From: Deinococcales bacterium
GTDB lineage: Bacteria; Deinococcota; Deinococci; Deinococcales; JAAFIG01
NCBI GenBank assembly: GCA_043778225.1
Contig: JAYWGM010000056.1
Span: 20,594 to 84,593 of the forward strand
DNA: 64,000 nt
Direction of reading: 5' to 3'
Shown here: in pieces, positions 18,598 to 26,476 of the stretch
Numbering within the stretch: the first letter of the stretch is position 1
Layout of the letters: every line of letters begins with the position of its first letter
Notes under the pieces: model-generated
The model's database searches: none
Told to the model about the DNA's origin: nothing
Seen by the model: only the letters and a program-made list of their open reading frames with translations
Made by a program: the position numbers and the translations under genes

Positions 18598-21180
18598 TTA
18601 AACACCATCTTTAGCAAGGTCATTGAATCTAACGTGCTGCGAATGAAATTGCAACTCGACCGTGCCAACCGGACCATTGCGCTGCTTGCCAATAATAATT
18701 TCGGCAATGCCTTGTTTTTCTGAGTCCTTGTGGTAATACTCGTCGCGGTAAATAAAAGAAACAAGGTCAGCGTCCTGCTCAATTGCTCCAGATTCACGTA
18801 AATCAGACAGCATCGGACGATGATTGGGGCGCGATTCGACCTGACGGCTTAACTGACTCAGTACCACCACCGGAATGTTCAGTTCTCGAGCCAAGGATTT
18901 TAGCCCACGTGAAATGGTCGAGATTTCCTGCTGCCGATTTTCGCCGCCGCCTTTGGATGTGCCACTGCCAGACATCAGTTGCATATAGTCAATGACGATT
19001 AAATGTAAATCTTTTTCTGCCATTAAGCGCCTCGATTTACTTCGTAATTCGGTAACAGTTAAATCCGAAGCATCATCTATAAAAAGCGGCGCTTCGGACA
19101 ACTTGCCAGCCGCATTGACCAAGCGTTCAAAGTCTTTTTCGTTCAGCGCACCCTGCCTCACCCGATTCATGTCAACTCGAGCTTCGGCGCACATCATTCG
19201 CAGCACCAATTGTGAAGCGGGCATCTCGAGACTAAAAACCGCCACGGCTTTGTTGTAGCGCACGCTGATATTTTGGGCGATAGAGAGTGCAAAAGCCGTG
19301 TTGTGAACACAAATATCTTGGGCGATAAAGTTAGAGCCATCTGGAACAGTTAGGTCGTAGACTTGTTGAGGCTCGAGCGGGACAATAGAAACAATTTCAT
19401 CCCAGTACAAATCTGGACTCGAGAGAAATGCGAGTCGCTCATCATTGAGGATTTGATTGTAACGTGCCAGCCTTGAACGCGGTAAGTTGCGTTTTGTATG
19501 AGGGTTAAACCCAGTAGCTTGATTAACTTCGCCACTTTGGATGCACAATTGGGTTAAAGATAGGTTTGCTCGAGCCGCAGCAGCTTTGACAAAAGCCCAT
19601 GCTTCTTTTGGAACATGACCGAGATTGCTAAGACCTTTTGACAGTGTAAATTCTCTGGTAGCTTTCTCACCTAGCCAACCAATTTGATTTTGATAGATTT
19701 GTATAGATTCAGGGTCAGTTATTTCGACCCGCCAGCTACGAGGTGTTTTTTGCCAGAATTTGGCTATAATTCCAAACCGAGTTAATGCGTGTTGAACATC
19801 TCGAGCAAGGAACTCTGAAGCAACTGTAAATTCAATTCGAGCCTGTTTACCCATGGCATAAATCGTTCCATCACAAGAAAAGAGAATTCTTAAAAATTCG
19901 CCGAGCTGCAATTGATTAAATCGCCAAACCACATTGGGGAATCTTTTCTTGAGTGCTGATTTACCCCACAAGCTTAAAGCACGCAGCCAGTCAGTGACAG
20001 GATTATTTGCATTTTTTCGATTACCTCGAGTCCATGTATGAGAAATACGAAAATCAATACCATCTCGGTGCATTTCAACACTCGGGAATTGTTGCTCGAG
20101 TATACTCTTGAAGTCTTGTATAAGTTCGGGGTCTGTATTTGTCCAACGTGGAGATGTTTGAGTCAATCCACCTTCAGCGATAAAGTAAGCCATCAGACGA
20201 ATAAGTTCGAATGGTGTACTCGAGTCGTCTCCAAAACTCGGTACGGCTCGAGGAATAGCGATTTTGTCTCCAACCGTTAAATCATGAAGCGGAGTCCAGC
20301 CTTGCACGGTTAAAAACGGATGATGACCTGTCACTTCAACTTCGCGTCCTAATTTTGTGGTGACCCTAAAAATAGGTTTAATTCCACTGTCTATCCAAGC
20401 CGAAATTCTGGTCGGTCGGACTGTGCCATTGTCTGAGATTCCATAAACACAGCTTCTTTTCTCGAGAATGAATTGCTCGAGTGGAATGCGTTCTCCAGTG
20501 TGTGGGTCATCTATGAGCGTATGTGCCGTTAAGCACTTGCCCATACTTGGACGCGCTGCAATGACATTCAAAGACCCCGGTTGTAAGCCCGTTGTCATTT
20601 CGTCTAAGTCCCTGAAACCTGTTGCCACACCAGTTATAAAGTCGCTGTCACTCGAGATTTTAGAAATGTACTCAAAGGTTTCGTTGACCAGCGTATTCAT
20701 GTTTTGAAAAGGTTGCTGACTTTTTTTCTGCGCCACTTCAAAGACCAGTTTTTCGGCTCTGTCCATCAGTTCTTCGGCAGGTGCAGCTTCGTCGTAAGCC
20801 ATCTGCATAATTTTGCTCGAGGCGTTAATTAAGCCGCGCAGATTGCTTTTTTCGACCACAATATCAGCATAGAATTTGGCATAAACACTGGTCGGCACAC
20901 CATCGGATAAACCCACCAAATACGCCACGCCGCCGACTTCCTCGAGTTGGTCCTTGGTGCGGAGTTCTTCGATGAGTGTGACTGAATCGGCTGGGTTGCC
21001 TCGAGAAATCAGGTTTTCGATGGCGGCAAAGATTTTACGGTTGGCTTCTTTGTAAAATTGGTCGGGTTTGAGCGTACCTTCTAAGCTGTGATAAGCATCG
21101 TTGTCGAGTAAAATACTTCCCAGTACGCTGGCTTCTGCGTCTAGGTTATGCGGTGGGATACGTCCGTGGAGTTCTTCCAT
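18598..21180 (-). CDS. dnaB: replicative DNA helicase with intein
   Basis: IPPHNLDAEASVLGSIL, TGFRDLD, ARPSMGK/TAFAL, FSLEM, IDYMQL, LSQLSRQVESR, SDLRESGAIEQDAD, KQRNGP. Confidence 0.98.
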   Translation of the reverse strand: MEELHGRIPPHNLDAEASVLGSILLDNDAYHSLEGTLKPDQFYKEANRKIFAAIENLISRGNPADSVTLIEELRTKDQLEEVGGVAYLVGLSDGVPTSVYAKFYADIVVEKSNLRGLINASSKIMQMAYDEAAPAEELMDRAEKLVFEVAQKKSQQPFQNMNTLVNETFEYISKISSDSDFITGVATGFRDLDEMTTGLQPGSLNVIAARPSMGKCLTAHTLIDDPHTGERIPLEQFILEKRSCVYGISDNGTVRPTRISAWIDSGIKPIFRVTTKLGREVEVTGHHPFLTVQGWTPLHDLTVGDKIAIPRAVPSFGDDSSTPFELIRLMAYFIAEGGLTQTSPRWTNTDPELIQDFKSILEQQFPSVEMHRDGIDFRISHTWTRGNRKNANNPVTDWLRALSLWGKSALKKRFPNVVWRFNQLQLGEFLRILFSCDGTIYAMGKQARIEFTVASEFLARDVQHALTRFGIIAKFWQKTPRSWRVEITDPESIQIYQNQIGWLGEKATREFTLSKGLSNLGHVPKEAWAFVKAAAARANLSLTQLCIQSGEVNQATGFNPHTKRNLPRSRLARYNQILNDERLAFLSSPDLYWDEIVSIVPLEPQQVYDLTVPDGSNFIAQDICVHNTAFALSIAQNISVRYNKAVAVFSLEMPASQLVLRMMCAEARVDMNRVRQGALNEKDFERLVNAAGKLSEAPLFIDDASDLTVTELRSKSRRLMAEKDLHLIVIDYMQLMSGSGTSKGGGENRQQEISTISRGLKSLARELNIPVVVLSQLSRQVESRPNHRPMLSDLRESGAIEQDADLVSFIYRDEYYHKDSEKQGIAEIIIGKQRNGPVGTVELQFHSQHVRFNDLAKDGV
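19300..20535 (-). mobile_element. 412-aa intein with LAGLIDADG homing endonuclease, inserted in the DnaB Walker A motif
   Basis: Starts CLTAH after GK; block B VTGHHPF; LMAYFIAEG and FLRILFSCDG motifs; ends VYDLTV...ICVHN followed by T. Confidence 0.95.
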
Positions 21181-21183
21181 AAT

Positions 21184-21636
21184 TTATAGAGGACGTGCCA
21201 TGACCACAACCCAAGCGCCGTTGTACTGGGCTGCACCGACTTCGGTGTAATTGGCGTTGGTCATTGCCCAACAGTGAACTTTTGAATTTTTCCACCACGA
21301 AACGGCTTTAGAACTGCCGCCATTGCCCAAAAAAATAATTTCCGACATTCTCGAGTATCGGTAGCCAGCCCGAACAACTCGAGTCTGTGGTCCAACGCCT
21401 TGAAAATAATGAGAGACAAAGCGTTTTGAACCCATGTTGAGGGCGTGTTGTCGGGCGGCTTTGGCAAGTGTGTTGTTCCAACGCATTGCACCGATTCTTG
21501 TGCCACCCGCGCCATTACAGCGTGTGCCAGAAGTCCTCAAGGCATTGATTTGCGCCACCACTCGAGCTTCTAAGCTACTTTGGGCAGTCGCAAGACTCGA
21601 AATTAGGACAATTGAAATAAGGATAAGCAGACGCAT
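21184..21636 (-). CDS. secreted CAP/SCP domain protein
   Basis: Signal peptide; INALR...WNNTLAKAARQHA...SH...W..SKVHCWAM...YTEVG. Confidence 0.9.
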   Translation of the reverse strand: MRLLILISIVLISSLATAQSSLEARVVAQINALRTSGTRCNGAGGTRIGAMRWNNTLAKAARQHALNMGSKRFVSHYFQGVGPQTRVVRAGYRYSRMSEIIFLGNGGSSKAVSWWKNSKVHCWAMTNANYTEVGAAQYNGAWVVVMARPL

Positions 21637-21684
21637 GGCTCGAGATGATAACCTAATTTTTGGCTCGAGTCATGCGCCTTGGTT

Positions 21685-22095
21685 TTAGGGCTTAATTTTG
21701 AAAAAAGAATTACCATCTACGCTGTGAGTATCGCTGCCAAGTATCCGCCACATCACCACATATGTGCCAGTTTTAAGTTTGGGCTTGAGGCTAATTTGCA
21801 CATTTTTGGTTGTGCCTTTGGCTTGGGTACTCGAGTCGGCTCGAGCGGTGGCATCGTTTTTTAGGGCGATTTTACTGTTGACAAATGTCCGCAGTGCGCC
21901 GTTGCTGAGTTCGCCAGTGTAGGCATAGACCTTGAAGGTACTAAACGAGGCTTCGATGGCTTCGTTAAACGTAATCTCGATGGTTTTTGGAGCGCTGACC
22001 GTCGTGCCTTTACCGGGGACAATTTTGACCACTTTAGAGTGGGCGACGGCAAGGCTTAGGAGCAAAAACAGGGTCACGGCAACAATTTTTTTCAT
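21685..22095 (-). CDS. copC: copper resistance protein CopC
   Basis: Signal peptide ending AVA|H (N-terminal His), ITFNE, GTYVVMWRILGSDTHSVDG. Confidence 0.9.
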   Translation of the reverse strand: MKKIVAVTLFLLLSLAVAHSKVVKIVPGKGTTVSAPKTIEITFNEAIEASFSTFKVYAYTGELSNGALRTFVNSKIALKNDATARADSSTQAKGTTKNVQISLKPKLKTGTYVVMWRILGSDTHSVDGNSFFKIKP

Positions 22096-22104
22096 GGGTT
22101 TCCT

Positions 22105-22250
22105 TTATTCGGTGTGGCACGACCTTGACTATTTTTGGTGCGGCAAAACGCTGTCTATTTCGGTGCGGCACGACCTTGACTATTTTGGTGCGGCACGACC
22201 TTGACTATTTTGGTGCGGCAAAACGCTGTCTATTTCGGTGCGGCAAAACG
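22105..22250 (-). repeat. six-unit 25-nt tandem array spanning the mbnH stop and the copC RBS
   Basis: Core GGTG(C/T)GGCA at 22111, 22137, 22162, 22187, 22212 and 22237, with two linker variants. Confidence 0.9.
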
Positions 22251-23213
22251 AGGGTCTTTAATAAATTCGTAATCGGTCAGGGCTTTTAAGAATTCGATTA
22301 AATCCTGCATTTCGGCTTTGCTTAAACCCATCGGACGCATCAGTGCGTCCACATTGGGGTTGTCTTCGCCACCTTTGTTGTAATGCTCAAGGGTCTTCTC
22401 GAGGGTTGGGATGCTGCCATTGTGCATATACGGTGCGGTCAGGGCAACATTACGCAATGTTGGCACTTTGAACTTCCCAGCGTCCTCTTGGCGGTTGGTG
22501 ATTCGGGCTAAACCAAGGTCGGGATTGGTTTTGCTTAAACCTGTGTTGTGCAGTGTTTCGGTCGTGAAATTAAAACCATTGTGGCAATGAAAACAATCGC
22601 CTGTTTCGCCAAAAAAGAGTTCCATGCCACGAATCGCGGCTGAGGTCATGGCTTTTTCGTTGCCAGCACGGTACTTATCGTAAGCGCTGCGGTTGGTGAT
22701 AAGCGTGCGCTCAAAACTGGCTATTGCTTTGGTGATGTTAAGCATCGTTACGCCATCTGCAAAAACCTTCTTAAAAGCAGTGGCATAAGCTGGAATTTGT
22801 TTGAGGCGTTGTACCAGCACACTGGGTTCAATCCCCATTTCGTCATGAGCCGTAATCGGACCCATGGCTTGTAACTCGAGGCTGGGGCTGCCACCTTCCC
22901 AAAAGTAACTTTTGCGCCATGCCACATTGCCAAGACTTGGCGCGTTACGGCTGCCTTTTTGCCCTCGAATGCCCGTTGAAACCGCGTTACCGGCGTTGGA
23001 AAAAGCAAAGGCTTGAACATGGCAAATCGAGCAAGAGAGCGTATTATCAGCAGACAAGCGTTGGTCATAAAAAAGTTTGCGTCCCAACTGAATTTTATCT
23101 GGAGTCTGAGGATTGTTCTCGGGAATCCGAACAGCAGGAAAGTACGACTGGGCTAAAACAGTGCAGCCCAAAAAAAACAGTAAAAATAAAACTCGAGATG
23201 GCAGGATTTTCAT
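22230..23213 (-). CDS. mbnH: di-heme cytochrome c peroxidase, MbnH/MauG family
   Basis: LGRKLFYDQRLS, CSICH, RNAPSLGN, CFHCH, FKVPTLRNVALTAPYMHNGS; immediately downstream of mbnP. Confidence 0.85.
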   Translation of the reverse strand: MKILPSRVLFLLFFLGCTVLAQSYFPAVRIPENNPQTPDKIQLGRKLFYDQRLSADNTLSCSICHVQAFAFSNAGNAVSTGIRGQKGSRNAPSLGNVAWRKSYFWEGGSPSLELQAMGPITAHDEMGIEPSVLVQRLKQIPAYATAFKKVFADGVTMLNITKAIASFERTLITNRSAYDKYRAGNEKAMTSAAIRGMELFFGETGDCFHCHNGFNFTTETLHNTGLSKTNPDLGLARITNRQEDAGKFKVPTLRNVALTAPYMHNGSIPTLEKTLEHYNKGGEDNPNVDALMRPMGLSKAEMQDLIEFLKALTDYEFIKDPRFAAPK

Positions 23214-23235
23214 AGTACCCCAACGTATGGCTGTC

Positions 23236-24075
23236 TTACTGCGCGATTGTCCAAGCACCAAGTAAATTCAAATAGGCTTGCCCGATGTTTGCCCCGCCGT
23301 GCATGACTCGTAGCGCGGCTTGGCTTAAATCCCAGTTTGCAGCCCCGTTTGGTCCTTTACTAAAGACTTTCTCGAGGTCAAGGTTGATGGTGCTGCTGTT
23401 TTTACCGTTCACAGCAATTTTAATTTTATTGGCAACCAAATCAAACTGATTGATATTTAAGCGCCAATTGTCTGTTCCCATGTGCAGTAACCATGGCTGA
23501 CTCTTGCCTGCTACAGTTGTTTTTCCCTCGAGCCGAAAGAAAATATAGCCCGGATTCCATGCCCAGAACATCCCACTCTCGAGTCCGAGCGGCATTGGGA
23601 TGGTACTGGCATCACGGTGATTGAGGTCTTTAGGTACACCAATTTCAAAGCGAATGCCTTTGTACTCGGCGGCTGGGGCAGAAATGCTAAAAATGGTTTC
23701 GCCCGTGGTGGTCTTGGCATTGAACATTTGTCCACCCTCGAGCATTTTTCCTGCCATGCTGGTGTTGGCGGTTGCACCACTGTGGTTTATCATCCCGCCA
23801 GCATTCAAACCCTCAAACGAAGTCAGGCTTAAACCCGCCACCGCTTGGCTCGAGCCATCGGCTTTGACCAGTTGGACATTGGAAACATAAAATTTAAGTA
23901 AGTCCACACTGTACTCTGCGCCGCCAGACGTTCTGTAGGTTTTGCCTAACTCGAGCGGTGCATTGCCCATTCGTAAATTGACTTTTAATTCGTGTTTAAC
24001 CATTGCGTTCTGAGCGCTCGAGAGACCGAGTAAGGCAATCGAAACCAAAGTTGTGCCGAGTAATAATTTTTTCAT
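23236..24075 (-). CDS. mbnP: MbnP-family copper-binding protein
   Basis: Signal peptide; LKFYVSNVQL, FEIGVPKDLNH, MFWAWNPGYIFFRLEG (WxW motif), LHMG. Confidence 0.85.
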   Translation of the reverse strand: MKKLLLGTTLVSIALLGLSSAQNAMVKHELKVNLRMGNAPLELGKTYRTSGGAEYSVDLLKFYVSNVQLVKADGSSQAVAGLSLTSFEGLNAGGMINHSGATANTSMAGKMLEGGQMFNAKTTTGETIFSISAPAAEYKGIRFEIGVPKDLNHRDASTIPMPLGLESGMFWAWNPGYIFFRLEGKTTVAGKSQPWLLHMGTDNWRLNINQFDLVANKIKIAVNGKNSSTINLDLEKVFSKGPNGAANWDLSQAALRVMHGGANIGQAYLNLLGAWTIAQ

Positions 24076-24509
24076 AAGATTTCCTTTTTGAACCTTTGAA
24101 GATAAAGCGTGCAAATAAACACGCCAACCATCATCAGGCTCGAGATAACACACCAAAAGCACCATGCCAGAATCACAAAGGCTTCTAAGTAAGTAAAGTA
24201 GAGGTAACTCAGTACCCCAAGGCTCGAGATTGCCAATAAGATTTTTGGTGCTACCGTCTCGAGCGGGCGTTCTTGTAAAATCGCATAGGTGGCTGTGCCA
24301 AGGAGTAGCAAAAACACCGCAATGCCATAAGCCGAAACTGGGATGCCAAGAATTTTAGAGTATTCACTGGCTTGGACTTTATCGCAACCTGCAATTGGAC
24401 AGACCAGACTCGAGTATCCAAGGCTGTGCAGCAGTAAGTACAGCGCCACCAATGCACCCAACAATGCAAACACAGCACTGAACATCAGGGGTGCGAGTGG
24501 ATTTTTCAT
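24072..24509 (-). CDS. vitamin K epoxide reductase (VKOR) family membrane protein
   Basis: CPIAGCDKVQASEYSKILGIPVSAYG, YLEAFVILAWCFWCVIS; four TM segments; start overlaps the dsbA stop. Confidence 0.93.
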   Translation of the reverse strand: MKNPLAPLMFSAVFALLGALVALYLLLHSLGYSSLVCPIAGCDKVQASEYSKILGIPVSAYGIAVFLLLLGTATYAILQERPLETVAPKILLAISSLGVLSYLYFTYLEAFVILAWCFWCVISSLMMVGVFICTLYLQRFKKEIL

Positions 24510-25216
24510 TTTGTACCGACTTTTTCTAGAATCGCTTTGAAGGCTTCGATGGGCAGCGCCCCAGCCACCAAATAACCGTTGACCACAAAAGAAGGCGTGG
24601 AATTCAAACCAACTTTGCGTCCCATGTTTACATCGGCGGCAATTGCATCTTTGGCATTGTCTGACTTTAGGCACTCGAGAAAACTGGTTTTGTTCAATCC
24701 AGCAAATTCAGCAAATTGCTGGCTGGCAGTTTCACTCGAGGAATTGCTCCATTGGCTCTGCCCACGAAACAAAATGGCTTTGTAATTCTCAAAACGCCCG
24801 CTTTGGTTGGCACACGCCGCTGCTTGTGCTGCCAGTGGTGCGTTGGCGTGTTGCGCCAACGGAAAATCGCGGTAGGCAAACCGCACCAAACCAGTGTCTA
24901 TAAAATCGGTTTTGAACTGACTTTCTGTTTGGGTGGCAAACGTAGCACAAGCTGGACACTGATAATCCGAGAATTCAACAATCGTATTTTTGGCGTTGCT
25001 CGAGCCACTGATAAAACGTGCGCCTTCGAGGGCATTGACGGCAACTTTACGCAACTCGAGATTCTGAGTTGTGCCGTTATTGGTATACGAAATGTTCAGG
25101 GTTTCGCCGTCATCGCTTGGGGCTTGTGGACGTGTGACAAAGAAAATAATCCCAATGCCAAGCAGCGCCACGCCCACCAAAGCAACCAAAAAGGTATTGC
25201 GTTGTTGAGAATTCAT
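24506..25216 (-). CDS. DsbA/BdbD-type thioredoxin-fold oxidoreductase
   Basis: N-terminal membrane anchor; EFSDYQCPAC, RDFPL, STPSFVVNG (cis-Pro loop); GGAGGA RBS. Confidence 0.92.
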   Translation of the reverse strand: MNSQQRNTFLVALVGVALLGIGIIFFVTRPQAPSDDGETLNISYTNNGTTQNLELRKVAVNALEGARFISGSSNAKNTIVEFSDYQCPACATFATQTESQFKTDFIDTGLVRFAYRDFPLAQHANAPLAAQAAACANQSGRFENYKAILFRGQSQWSNSSSETASQQFAEFAGLNKTSFLECLKSDNAKDAIAADVNMGRKVGLNSTPSFVVNGYLVAGALPIEAFKAILEKVGTK

Positions 25217-25251
25217 AATGTCCTCCAGCGTTAATTCAAATAACTTGGTAT

Positions 25252-25596
25252 TCAAATTAACGCTGGCGGCGCTCGAGCCAATCTGGTCAGTGGTACTCGA
25301 GCCACAATCTGGAACTCGAGGTTTAAGTTGTGCAAAATAAGCTGTGATGCTCGAGGTAGACTGTTTTCTAAAGTTAAAACTGCAAAAGTGCTTGAACCAC
25401 AAAAATCACAGTGTTTTGGGTGGGCATGGGCGGCTGACCATTGTGGGGTTTCATCACTCGAGGCGTGAGTGTGCAGTCCGAGTTGTAGCACTCGAGATTC
25501 AAAGCCCGGTGCAAGATGGTGTGTACTGAACCAAAGCATCAAGATTGCCAGTAAACTGGCTCGAGCTAAATAGAAAACTCGTTTTTGCCGACGCAT
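25252..25596 (-). CDS. DUF2946/CruR-like leader protein with CxxC and a C-terminal RAPP motif
   Basis: Basic-hydrophobic N-terminus, His-rich segment, HCDFC, ends LARAPPALI*; first ORF of the copper operon. Confidence 0.75.
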   Translation of the reverse strand: MRRQKRVFYLARASLLAILMLWFSTHHLAPGFESRVLQLGLHTHASSDETPQWSAAHAHPKHCDFCGSSTFAVLTLENSLPRASQLILHNLNLEFQIVARVPLTRLARAPPALI

Positions 25597-25629
25597 AGAA
25601 AAAGTATAAGCCCTAAAGTGAAGGACAGA

Positions 25630-26412
25630 TTATGAAATTTTTCGGGTCTTGGTAAATAACCGAGCGGTGTTGCTGACAAAATCGGTGTCGTAGACTTGGG
25701 CTTCTTGGTTTTTGGTGTCCAGCACTTCGCGGGCATCAAAGACAAAACACGTACCTTCATAATCAGCTTCAGCATTTTCGATGTTCTGGAAATAATTTAA
25801 GATTCCACCCTCGAGTTGTAAAATCTCAAAGCCACGCATGGCTTGCCAAGCGGTTGTTTTTTCGCAGCGAATGCCACCCGTACAGTACATCGCTACGGTT
25901 TTATTTTGGGTTTGCCATTCGGGCAAATGAGTCTCGAGATAGCTTGCGAAATCCCTGAAATTATCGATATTTGGGTTAATTGCGCCCTTAAAATGTCCGA
26001 GTTCAAATTCAAAACTGTTGCGGTTATCAATTAGAATCACATCGTCGCGCTGCAATAATTCACGCCAAATGATTGGCGAGACATCTGTTCCCTTAAAGTT
26101 TTGGGTATCTATGCCAGCCACCCCAAGTGGCACGATTTCGGGTTTAACTTTAACTTTGAGGCGCTTAAAGACTTGTTGGCTACAAGTGGTGCGTTTATAA
26201 AAAAGTTTTGCAAATCTCGAGTCTGTTTCTAGGGCATCGCGCACGATTTGAAGCGCTTGGCTTGAGCCACAGAGCATTCCATTGATGCCTTCGGTCGCCA
26301 ATAAAATCGTACCCAGAACTTCTGCTTCTAAACAGACTTGCTCGAGGTGGTCTCGAGTCTCGTTTGGGTTCTCGAGCTTGATAAAGCGGTAAAACGCATC
26401 ATGGAACAACAT
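25630..26412 (-). CDS. trhO: rhodanese-family tRNA uridine(34) hydroxylase
   Basis: GTILLATEGING, FKRLKVKVKPEIV, IDNRNSFEFELGHFKGA, MYCTGGIRCEK, LEGGILNY, CFVFD. Confidence 0.9.
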   Translation of the reverse strand: MLFHDAFYRFIKLENPNETRDHLEQVCLEAEVLGTILLATEGINGMLCGSSQALQIVRDALETDSRFAKLFYKRTTCSQQVFKRLKVKVKPEIVPLGVAGIDTQNFKGTDVSPIIWRELLQRDDVILIDNRNSFEFELGHFKGAINPNIDNFRDFASYLETHLPEWQTQNKTVAMYCTGGIRCEKTTAWQAMRGFEILQLEGGILNYFQNIENAEADYEGTCFVFDAREVLDTKNQEAQVYDTDFVSNTARLFTKTRKIS

Positions 26413-26476
26413 CAGTCTATCTTACAATGTTCCCCAGAACAAACGCCCTGATGATTGTGGTGTTAAATGTAAATCT

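Noticed and set aside
22105..22250. Possible CRISPR array
   Set aside because: The 'spacers' are only 9 nt and come in two recurring variants, the repeat is the mbnH 3' end, and there are no cas genes in the window.
21685..25596. Methanobactin biosynthetic cluster
   Set aside because: No MbnA precursor, MbnB/MbnC or TonB-dependent receptor is visible; only the MbnP/MbnH pair is present.
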